From Fibrobacteria bacterium (GTDB lineage Bacteria > Fibrobacterota > Fibrobacteria > UBA11236), in NCBI GenBank assembly GCA_041746255.1, contig JBGTHM010000092.1:1-11636 (forward strand): 11,636 nucleotides of DNA, given 5' to 3'. The position numbers and the translations under genes are program-made. Shown piece by piece: positions 1-7,221 of the stretch (its first letter is position 1; every line of letters begins with the position of its first letter). The notes beneath the pieces were generated by a model, which was not told the origin of the DNA, did no database searches, and was given only the letters and a program-made list of their open reading frames with translations.

Positions 1-145
1 AGCGGAGCCCCCGCTTTGCGTAGGGCGCCGGAGCCTGTCTGAGGCCGCGCAGCGGCCGAGTTGCGACGGTAACCGCATCGCAAAGCGGATTGGGCGGAGC
101 GCGCCGGAAAAATCCCCTGCCTCGGGCTCCGGTCCGCAGCGGCGC
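1..145. repeat. GC-rich multi-hairpin intergenic element (REP/MITE-like or structured ncRNA), probably truncated at the left edge
   Basis: Perfect 10-bp inverted repeat CCGCTTTGCG 11-20 / CGCAAAGCGG 79-88. Hairpin GGCCGC-GCA-GCGGCC 43-57 flanked by TGTCTGA and GAGTT. CGGAGCCC 3-10 is complementary to 124-131, and CCGGAGCC 28-35 to 125-132. No credible CDS here. Confidence 0.55.
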
Positions 146-248
146 TTCCAAAGGAGATGGATATTCTCTCAGATGCCGCGCAACTTATTTAGCCTTGCCC
201 ACGCCCATCTCCCGGCACAGCTTGGTTCCTAATACGGGGCTGAGGGGC

Positions 249-668
249 TTAAGAACGTTCCGGAAAAAGCGCGATCAGATTTTCGGGCGGACGCAGAATT
301 TTCCCGCTGGTATTCATAAAGGCATGTTCGGTTGATCCCAAAGCGATAATTTCTTCCGGGCCTTTTTCCTTACTCACCACATATTCGAAGCGAATACGTG
401 TTCGTCCCAGCCGCCAACGTGTTGTTCGGATACGCAAGGTATCGCCATAGCGTCCGGGCCGCTTGTATTCGCAAGCGGCCTTCAGCACGGGGATGAGCAC
501 TCCGTCCTCTTCCATTTGCGAATAGGGAAAGCCCAGGTCGGCCAGCCCGGTAGTGCGCGCCACTTCGAAATACACGAAAAAGTGGGCGTAGTAGACGAAT
601 TTCATCGCGTCGGTTTCGGAATAGCGCACCGGTATCATTACTTCGGTGATGTTTCCCAAGTCGTCCAT
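249..668 (-). CDS. Acyl-CoA thioesterase, hot-dog fold (YbgC/FadM/4HBT family), 139 aa
   Basis: N-terminal motif VRYSETDAMxxVYYAxFxxYFEVAR, plus CEYKRPGRYGDTL and GSTEHAF. Typical length. ATG lies 4 nt after the MATE stop. Confidence 0.9.
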   Translation of the reverse strand: MDDLGNITEVMIPVRYSETDAMKFVYYAHFFVYFEVARTTGLADLGFPYSQMEEDGVLIPVLKAACEYKRPGRYGDTLRIRTTRWRLGRTRIRFEYVVSKEKGPEEIIALGSTEHAFMNTSGKILRPPENLIALFPERS

Positions 669-672
669 GGGT

Positions 673-2097
673 TCAGGTTTTTTCGGTGGTTAGGGCCAAG
701 CGGTGGGTGGTACGCACGATCCACACAACGGCTACGGTGGCGGTGATGGCGGCGGCGGCGATGGGCGCGTAATGGATTCCTTTTTCACCGAATCCTACAC
801 TGAAGAAAAAAGCGAAGGGACCAAGCAGGAATACCTGACGTAACACATTGATGATGAGAAACGGCATACCCCTTCCCAGGCCCTGAAAAGCTCCGCTCGA
901 GACGATGCTCACACCGACGAAGCCATAGCCTAGCGCCAGATATTTCACGAAATGGTGTGCCGAAAGGTAGGTTTCGGGCTCGGGGTGGAAGAGTCCGATA
1001 AGGGCGCCGCGAAAGAAAAAGACCAACAAGCCGATTGCGCTGAGAACGATAAACCCGGTTATGAGGCCGAGACGCACGGTTTCAGCCACCCTGTCATAGC
1101 GTTTGGCGCCTGAATTCTGGCCAACAAGCGAGAGTACGGCAATCATTATGGAGAGTGCGGGAAAAACCGCCAGGACATCGAGCCGCGCTCCGATACCCAC
1201 GGCGGCCACGGCATGGGGGCCATACTCGACGGCCGTGCGGGTCAGAATGATAAGGGAGAGGCCAATCAGCGCCTGGGAGACTATGGAGGGAAAGCCGACG
1301 GCGAAGGTGGAACGGACTCCGCTCAAGTCGTTCCATCTGGGCCAGTAGACGAGTTTCAGGCGGGTGTGTTTGCTGAAAAACATTCGGCCAATCAGTAGGG
1401 CCGAGAGAAGATTCGCCAGGGCGGTGGCAATTCCCGCGCCCCGTACTCCCAGTCCCACACCTTGCCAATCCATTCCGAAAAGCCGGAAATCGGCAAAAAT
1501 CAAAAAAGGCGCCATGGCGAGATTGGCGAGGGTGCTTATCAGCATGGCATTCATAATGGCGCGCATATTCCCTTCGGCCCGAAGGCCGCCTCCCAAAAGC
1601 AGCGCCAAAATGGTAAAAGGTAAGCCCATGAACATGTAGAGGAGGTATTGAGTCGCCAGGATTGCACCGGCGGGTTCCGCTTCCTGCAGGTTCAAATAGG
1701 CGGGAAGAAGTATGGGAGTCAGCGCCATCATGAGGAGAAAGAGTCCGAGGGAGATCCACACCACCTGGCTGAGCGTATTCTGGGCCTTTCCCTCCTCTTG
1801 GGCGCCCAATAGTCTGGCCAGGGTGGAGGTGGTTCCCGTGGCGACTCCATTAAAGAAGGCAAAAACCAGGTAAAAGTAAGGGAACCCGTAATTTAAAACG
1901 GCCAAGCTTTCGTTAATCCCCAGGCGGCCGACTAGGATTCCGTCTATGAGGTTGAGAAACAGGTGGGCCGACATCCCGATAAGCATGGGAAGGGCCATAC
2001 GGGCAATATGACGCCCGATGGGTCCCTGGGTTAAATCCGCTTTGGGGCGGGAAGGGTTTCTTCCCGGCTTGGGGGGTTCGAGAGTGGCTTGCGACAT
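673..2097 (-). CDS. MATE family efflux transporter (~474 aa)
   Basis: DLTQGPI...MALPMLIG, NLIDGILVGRLG, LRAEGNMR, GVRGAGIAT, LVGQNSGAKRYDRV, FQGLGRG; about 12 hydrophobic segments in two related halves. ATG 2097, preceded by AAGAAAG, is preferred over the TTG at 2166. Confidence 0.93.
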   Translation of the reverse strand: MSQATLEPPKPGRNPSRPKADLTQGPIGRHIARMALPMLIGMSAHLFLNLIDGILVGRLGINESLAVLNYGFPYFYLVFAFFNGVATGTTSTLARLLGAQEEGKAQNTLSQVVWISLGLFLLMMALTPILLPAYLNLQEAEPAGAILATQYLLYMFMGLPFTILALLLGGGLRAEGNMRAIMNAMLISTLANLAMAPFLIFADFRLFGMDWQGVGLGVRGAGIATALANLLSALLIGRMFFSKHTRLKLVYWPRWNDLSGVRSTFAVGFPSIVSQALIGLSLIILTRTAVEYGPHAVAAVGIGARLDVLAVFPALSIMIAVLSLVGQNSGAKRYDRVAETVRLGLITGFIVLSAIGLLVFFFRGALIGLFHPEPETYLSAHHFVKYLALGYGFVGVSIVSSGAFQGLGRGMPFLIINVLRQVFLLGPFAFFFSVGFGEKGIHYAPIAAAAITATVAVVWIVRTTHRLALTTEKT

Positions 2098-2163
2098 GCT
2101 TTCTTGAGGACTGTGGGCGCCTCCGGTATAAATCCCGGTAGAAATTCGCCGATATCCGCGCTG

Positions 2164-2182
2164 CAAATATATTATCTAATTC
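2164..2182. promoter_or_regulatory. AT-rich patch in the divergent intergenic region, possible -10 for the MATE unit
   Basis: CAAATATATTATCTAATT in a GC-rich background. The minus strand reads TAGATAATATATTTG (GATAAT/TAATAT). No convincing -35. Confidence 0.3.
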
Positions 2183-2289
2183 GGATTCAGGCGCGTTTCT
2201 AGGTGAGTTGCCATGCAGGACCCAAGCGACCGGACTCAAGTTCGCTCAGAATTGTTGCAACTACCCCTTTCCGTCTCGGCCGGGCTAAA

Positions 2290-2298
2290 TGGTATATT
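2290..2298 (+). promoter_or_regulatory. Putative extended -10 sigma70 promoter for the lpt-rpoN operon
   Basis: TG-G-TATATT (TGn plus 5/6 match to TATAAT), followed by 7 nt and the ATG at 2306. Confidence 0.45.
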
Positions 2299-2305
2299 CA
2301 TGCCC

Positions 2306-2956
2306 ATGTTGGAGAATTGGGCGAGGCGCACCTCTGTGGCCAGGTATTTTTTGTTTGCCACTTTGCTTGGGGCGGCCCATACCGGTTGCAGTAAAATCGA
2401 AAAAACCGTCGCCGACAGGGAAAACCAGGAAGAGTTGCCTTTGGCTGAATACCGGGATACGACCGTGCTCGATATGTACGAAGGCTCGCGCCTGAGTTGG
2501 ATCCTGACTACCAGCTACCTGGTCAAATGGCCGCATACGGATCTCGTCCATGCTCGCCCTGTCAATCTCGTCGTATATGATAGCTTGGGTGCGGGAATGG
2601 CCACGGTAACGGCGGACTCAGGTTCGGTGGACGAGGCGGCCAATTTTCTGTTGGCGACGGGCAATGTGCACGCGATCTCCATGAGAGGCGTGGAAATCAC
2701 CACCGATTCGCTTCGTTGGAATAAGGCCGCCAACCAAATCAGCACGGAGGCACGGGTGCGCGTAAAATCCGAAGAGGGCGACGTGCTTACCGGAAGGGGA
2801 TTTATTTCCGATGCGGACCTCAACAACTGGCGTATCCTTTCCGAAGTGAAGGGAATATTCGTAAAGCCCCAGGATCGTGTGCAAAAAATGGAGGATGCGC
2901 CGCAAAATTCTTCGCAAGACGGATCACAGGCGGATTCCACAGGCGCCGCGCCATGA
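2306..2956 (+). CDS. lptC: LPS export periplasmic protein LptC (~216 aa), probable lipoprotein
   Basis: Basic and hydrophobic N-terminus ending ...LLGAAHTG-C. Jellyroll motifs VTADSG, ATGNV, ITTDSLRWN, ISTEARV, LTGRGFISDADL. First gene before lptA/lptB. Start is uncertain (2300 or 2306; 2213 unlikely). Confidence 0.87.
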   Translation: MLENWARRTSVARYFLFATLLGAAHTGCSKIEKTVADRENQEELPLAEYRDTTVLDMYEGSRLSWILTTSYLVKWPHTDLVHARPVNLVVYDSLGAGMATVTADSGSVDEAANFLLATGNVHAISMRGVEITTDSLRWNKAANQISTEARVRVKSEEGDVLTGRGFISDADLNNWRILSEVKGIFVKPQDRVQKMEDAPQNSSQDGSQADSTGAAP

Positions 2957-4386
2957 GTCCCGCTTTCCGTATAGGCGCCAGGGAACTGACAGTTACGGGA
3001 CCGGAAATTCCCCTAAGCTGGATTTTCACAATGCTTGGCTTGATGTTTCTGTTGACGGGCTGCGCGGGTTCAGCTTCCCGGGGGCCGGGTACTGCCATGA
3101 CGCCCGATCAGATTGACCCCGCTTTCCCTGCGCGCGATTCTCTGGGGAAGGATACCCTGCCCGCTACGGCGATTGCCGACACGGTTTTACCCGGCCCAAG
3201 TCCCGATTCCTCCGGACTGACCGATTCGCTGGCCCAAGCCAAGGTTTTGAAATCCAGGCGAGATTCCGTAGCGAGCCGCGGCCAGGAAGAACCACTGGTC
3301 ATGGAAACCGCGGACAGGATGGAGGGCTTCCGCGATCGCGGAGAATACATTCTCAGGGGAGGCGTCGTTTTCACGCACGGAGAACTGCGGTTGGAAACGG
3401 AAAAGGCGGTTTGGATACGTGAAGCCAATCTCGTTTTAGCCGATAGTGGCATGCGAATCACCAACCGCGGCTCCACCCTGGAAGCCCGCAGCGGTCGCTA
3501 CGACAAGGCCCTGAGCCGGGCTACGGCCGAGGGGGACGTGGTAGTCCGCGATAGCGCGGGCGAATTCGAATTGATAGGCCGGAATCTTATCTATGACCGG
3601 AACACCCATGTCGCCCAGCTGTTCGGTAATCCGGTGCTCAAGCATTTTCCGGAGAGCGACACCGCTGCCGAAGCGGATACGCTGGTGATCAGGGGGGAAG
3701 TCATTTCCTATAACGATTCGCTCTCGGTGGCACGCGCAGAGGGTAAGGTACGTATCACTCGCGGCGATCTGCTCATCCAATCGAACCGCGCCGAATTTTT
3801 CCGCGCGCGCGATTCCCTGTTGCTTACCGGTGAACCCCGACTCAATGTAGGCGAAAGCGAGGTGGCGGGGAAGGAGATGCGGGTTCGATTAACGGGTAAA
3901 GAAATACGCAGCTTGCGGGTGCGAGGCGATGCCGAAGCCGGTTCGCTGGAGAAAGGGGCTGCCGGCATTCCAGCCAGGCAATCGCGAGTCTGGGGCGATT
4001 CGCTTTTCATGGCCTTCAAAAAGGAAGCCCCTGACAGCGTCGAGGTTTTCAGTAATGCCAAAGGCAATTACTACGACGTGGACAGGCCCGAATACATCAA
4101 TGAAATGACGGGTGGCTATATGGTGCTTCGATTCGGGGAAAAGCGGATATCGAGCGCAGACGTAGTCGGTGGCGCGAAAAGCGTTTATTATCATTTTGAT
4201 GAAGATGCCCTCAAGGGGCGCAATTCGGCCGAAGGCGATACCATTCATTTCACCTTCGTGGAAGGCAAGATCGACGAGGTGGAAGTCATCGGTAAAGCGG
4301 TGGGGAGATACCTCGCCAAGGAAGCGGACGGTCCGGGCGCGAGGGAACCGAGTCGCAAGGAGAGTGAGGAAAGTGCTCCAGATTAA
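2953..4386 (+). CDS. lptA: Long LptA/OstA-like beta-jellyroll LPS transport protein (477 aa), lipoprotein signal
   Basis: Repeated OstA-type units (LRGGVVFTHG, AEGDVVV, LFGNPVL, AEGKVRI, LTGEPRL, GDSLFM, GDTIHF). Lipobox LTG-C37. Lies between lptC (ATGA overlap) and lptB. Confidence 0.82.
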   Translation: MSPAFRIGARELTVTGPEIPLSWIFTMLGLMFLLTGCAGSASRGPGTAMTPDQIDPAFPARDSLGKDTLPATAIADTVLPGPSPDSSGLTDSLAQAKVLKSRRDSVASRGQEEPLVMETADRMEGFRDRGEYILRGGVVFTHGELRLETEKAVWIREANLVLADSGMRITNRGSTLEARSGRYDKALSRATAEGDVVVRDSAGEFELIGRNLIYDRNTHVAQLFGNPVLKHFPESDTAAEADTLVIRGEVISYNDSLSVARAEGKVRITRGDLLIQSNRAEFFRARDSLLLTGEPRLNVGESEVAGKEMRVRLTGKEIRSLRVRGDAEAGSLEKGAAGIPARQSRVWGDSLFMAFKKEAPDSVEVFSNAKGNYYDVDRPEYINEMTGGYMVLRFGEKRISSADVVGGAKSVYYHFDEDALKGRNSAEGDTIHFTFVEGKIDEVEVIGKAVGRYLAKEADGPGAREPSRKESEESAPD

Positions 4387-5098
4387 GGCAGAGAACATCG
4401 TCAAGGTATATGGAGGCCGCCGCGTCGTCGATGGTGTCAGCATCACGGTAGGAGAAGGAGAGGTCGTCGGACTGCTCGGACCGAATGGAGCCGGGAAAAC
4501 CACGTCCTTCTACATCCTGGTCGGCATGATCCGCGCCGATTCAGGCAGCGTGTTCGTCTCCGATAAGAATGTCTCGTCTATGCCCATGTATCGACGAGCC
4601 CAATTAGGCATCGGCTACCTATCGCAGGAAAGTTCCATTTTCCGTAAGCTCAGCGTAGAAGACAATATCATGGCCATCCTGCAAACCCGGAAAATGAGCC
4701 GCAGTCAACGTCGCGAACGCATGGATCACTTGATGGAAGAATTCAAAATCTCCCATTTACGCAAGCACAAGGCCTACACTTTGAGCGGGGGCGAGCGGAG
4801 GAGGCTTGAGATCGCGCGCGCCCTGACCACCGAGCCTCGCTTTCTACTTCTCGACGAACCTTTCGCGGGAATTGACCCCATAGCTGTTGAGGATATACAA
4901 TCGGTTATATTTAACCTCCGGGACAAAGGCATGGGAATTCTGATAACCGACCATAGTGTCCGCGAAACGCTGGCCACCACCAATCGCGCCTATATCATGT
5001 TCGAAGGACGTATTCTGGTCGAAGGTCCCGCGGCGCATCTCGCACAAGACGAGGAAGCCCGACGCATCTACCTGGGCAAATCCTTTTCTTTGGGATAA
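4373..5098 (+). CDS. lptB: LPS export ABC transporter ATPase LptB (241 aa)
   Basis: Walker A GPNGAGKTT, YLSQE, signature LSGGERRR, Walker B LLLDEPFAGIDP, ITDH, C-terminal YLG. GTG 4373 (alternative 4364) gives the canonical length; AAGGAG at 4357-4362. Confidence 0.96.
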   Translation: MLQIKAENIVKVYGGRRVVDGVSITVGEGEVVGLLGPNGAGKTTSFYILVGMIRADSGSVFVSDKNVSSMPMYRRAQLGIGYLSQESSIFRKLSVEDNIMAILQTRKMSRSQRRERMDHLMEEFKISHLRKHKAYTLSGGERRRLEIARALTTEPRFLLLDEPFAGIDPIAVEDIQSVIFNLRDKGMGILITDHSVRETLATTNRAYIMFEGRILVEGPAAHLAQDEEARRIYLGKSFSLG

Positions 5099-5105
5099 AC
5101 AACTT

Positions 5106-6692
5106 GTGAATTTCGGACTCGATTTGAATCTACATGTGGGGCTTGAGCAGAAGCTCTCTCCCCAGATGATCCAATCACTCAAATTGTTACAGATGAATTC
5201 CATGGAATTGGAACTCATGATCAAGCAACAACTTGAGGTCAATCCCATGTTGGAGCAGCCCGACGAACTGGACACGCAGTCGGATGATGAGGACGACGGG
5301 GAAGGCGAGGACGCGGCCGAAGGCGAATCCGAAAAAGAGATGGAACCGGAAGCTGCTTCCGAAGAAGCCGATCCGGAAGCTTCCCTATCCGAACCCGGAG
5401 AGGAGAACAAAGAGATTGATTGGGAATCCTATCTTGAAGACGGATTCGATCTCGGCAGCAAGCATAGTGAGGAATCCGAAAACCCCGACGAGCGTTTCGA
5501 GAGGGTACCCGTCTATTCCAAAACCCTCCAGGACCACCTTCTGGCCCAGCTCCAGGATCGTACCGTCACCCCTGAAGTCCGCGCTTTGGTCGAATATCTC
5601 GTCTATAGTCTGGATGAGCGGGGTTATTTGAGCTTGGATTCCCACGATACGTTGATGGATGAGGACGTTGAGGGCAATACGGAGATGAAAGCCGCCTTGG
5701 CCTCTCTGCCCGAGGAAGCGACGGAAATCGGTGAGATACAAGCCGTCATCGAGCGTAAACTGGATTTGAACAAAGCCTCCCGTCCGGTTCGCGAAGCTTT
5801 TCACGTTTTACAAAGTCTCGATCCGGCCGGCATCGGGGCGCGCGATCTCCAGGAATGCCTCTGGCTGCAGATCCTTCGCCGTGACGATATCAACGACTTG
5901 GCCCGTCGAATCGTCCGGGACGATTTCGCCTTGTTGGAAAAGTTGAAAATCGCGGTGATCGCGAAAAAATACGACGTCACGCCGGAGCGGGTTCAGTCGG
6001 CGCTGCGCATTATCGGCACCTTGGAGCCGCGCCCGGGCCGATTGATCAGTCCCACCACCGCAGCCACCATCATTCCTGACCTAATCGTAGAAGAGGTGGA
6101 AGGAAAACTCACGCTTATGCTCAACGACAGAAGCGTGCCGTCTCTCCGCATCTCCAAAGCCTATGCGGCTTTGCTTCGCAAGGGCAGCAAGGCGAGCAAC
6201 GACGAAAAGAAATTCGTGCGCGAGAAATTGAATTCCGCCACTTGGCTCATCCGCGCCATCGAACAGCGGAAATCCACCATGATCAAGGTGATGCAGGCCA
6301 TCATCGAGAGCCAACCCGAATTCTTTACCCAAGGGCCCACCCACTTGCGCCCACTCATTTTACAGGACGTCGCCGACAAAATCGGTATGCATATTTCGAC
6401 GGTCAGCCGCGTCACCAATGGAAAGTACGTGCAAACCAGCCATGGAATTTTTGAACTCAAGTACTTCTTCACCGCAGGCGTGGCCCAGGCCGACGGCACC
6501 GAAATCTCCTCCGTTACCACCAAAGACGAGATTCGGCTCCTGATTGAGTCTGAGGACACCCACAAGCCCTTAAGCGACCAGAAAATAGTGGAAATCCTTA
6601 AGGAAAAGGGGATGGACGTCGCCCGACGGACGGTTGCCAAATACCGGGACCAATTGGGCCTGATGCCCGCCCGGCTGCGTAAGCGATATTAG
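5106..6692 (+). CDS. rpoN: RNA polymerase sigma-54 factor (528 aa)
   Basis: Region I LEQKLSPQMIQSLKLLQM...NPMLE, acidic region II, DPAGIGARDLQECL, HTH VADKIGMHISTVSRV, ELKYFF, PLSDQ, RpoN box ARRTVAKYR. GTG start 7 nt after the lptB stop. Confidence 0.98.
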   Translation: MNFGLDLNLHVGLEQKLSPQMIQSLKLLQMNSMELELMIKQQLEVNPMLEQPDELDTQSDDEDDGEGEDAAEGESEKEMEPEAASEEADPEASLSEPGEENKEIDWESYLEDGFDLGSKHSEESENPDERFERVPVYSKTLQDHLLAQLQDRTVTPEVRALVEYLVYSLDERGYLSLDSHDTLMDEDVEGNTEMKAALASLPEEATEIGEIQAVIERKLDLNKASRPVREAFHVLQSLDPAGIGARDLQECLWLQILRRDDINDLARRIVRDDFALLEKLKIAVIAKKYDVTPERVQSALRIIGTLEPRPGRLISPTTAATIIPDLIVEEVEGKLTLMLNDRSVPSLRISKAYAALLRKGSKASNDEKKFVREKLNSATWLIRAIEQRKSTMIKVMQAIIESQPEFFTQGPTHLRPLILQDVADKIGMHISTVSRVTNGKYVQTSHGIFELKYFFTAGVAQADGTEISSVTTKDEIRLLIESEDTHKPLSDQKIVEILKEKGMDVARRTVAKYRDQLGLMPARLRKRY

Positions 6693-6751
6693 GCGCGATA
6701 CTTTGAGATTCACAGCGACAAAAGCGGTGTCTTTGCATTAGAATAGGAAAT

Positions 6752-6780
6752 GGGCATCACCCCTAACGGGCTGCCTTTTT
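6752..6780 (+). terminator. Possible weak intrinsic terminator after rpoN
   Basis: GGCA(6753-6756)..CCC-loop-GGG..TGCC(6772-6775), followed by TTTTT. The stem is interrupted by an internal loop. Confidence 0.3.
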
Positions 6781-6869
6781 GTCCCAAAAACCAGGGTAAC
6801 TCTCACAAGGGATTTTGTAGATTTATAACAGGCATTTGGGGATGCACTTCTGCGCGAACAGGTTCAATG

Positions 6870-6875
6870 AAGGAG
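6870..6875 (+). promoter_or_regulatory. Shine-Dalgarno site of hpf
   Basis: AAGGAG 7 nt upstream of ATG 6883. Confidence 0.75.
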
Positions 6876-6882
6876 AAACGAC

Positions 6883-7206
6883 ATGAATATTCAAATCACC
6901 GCCCGGCACTTCAACGCTTCCCGTACCCTGCATGAGAATGTGAAGGAGAGTGTCGAAAAATTGGGGAAATTCAACGATTCCATCACCGGCGCGCATGTCA
7001 TCCTGGAAGCGCAGACCGAGACCGTGAAGCGGGCGGAGATTATCGTAAAAATCCTGGACAAGTCGGTTCATGCCCACGCCGAAGAAGACAGCATGCATAA
7101 GGCTATTGATACCATGTTGGATCGAATTGAAAGACAACTCAAAAAAGAAAACGAAAAACTAAAAATACACAAATCCGTTCCGGCATCTGATCTGGTTGCC
7201 GAATAA
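6883..7206 (+). CDS. hpf: Ribosome hibernation promoting factor / RaiA (sigma-54 modulation protein), short form, 107 aa
   Basis: MNIQITARH...KLGKF...AHVIL...AEIIV...SMHKAIDTMLDRIERQLKK. Canonical position after rpoN; strong SD. Confidence 0.93.
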   Translation: MNIQITARHFNASRTLHENVKESVEKLGKFNDSITGAHVILEAQTETVKRAEIIVKILDKSVHAHAEEDSMHKAIDTMLDRIERQLKKENEKLKIHKSVPASDLVAE

Positions 7207-7221
7207 CCTCCGAAGGAACAG

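Noticed and set aside
151..192. AAGGAG followed by ATG and an 11-codon ORF (MDILSDAAQLI)
   Set aside because: No spacing between the SD and the ATG, and no other support.
90..335. 81-aa plus-strand ORF
   Set aside because: TTG start inside the palindromic element, antisense overlap with the thioesterase, and no recognisable motif.
1094..1759. 221-aa alternative-frame ORF within the MATE gene, and similar shadow ORFs (2515-2940, 3889-4503, 4844-5410, 6161-6640, 8307-8960)
   Set aside because: They overlap well-supported genes, lack family motifs, and are expected in GC-rich coding DNA.
4169..4372. Apparent 68-aa N-terminal extension of LptB
   Set aside because: Longest-ORF artefact overlapping lptA. 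Homology begins at GTG 4373.
4956..5105. Apparent 50-aa N-terminal extension of RpoN
   Set aside because: Overlaps lptB. Region I begins right after GTG 5106.
5260..5410. GAA/GAC-rich low-complexity stretch resembling a tandem repeat
   Set aside because: It encodes the acidic region II of sigma-54, with no regular repeat unit.
6829..6846. Sigma-54-like promoter CAGGCATTTGGGGATGCA upstream of hpf
   Set aside because: The GG-to-GC spacing is 11 nt rather than the required 10.
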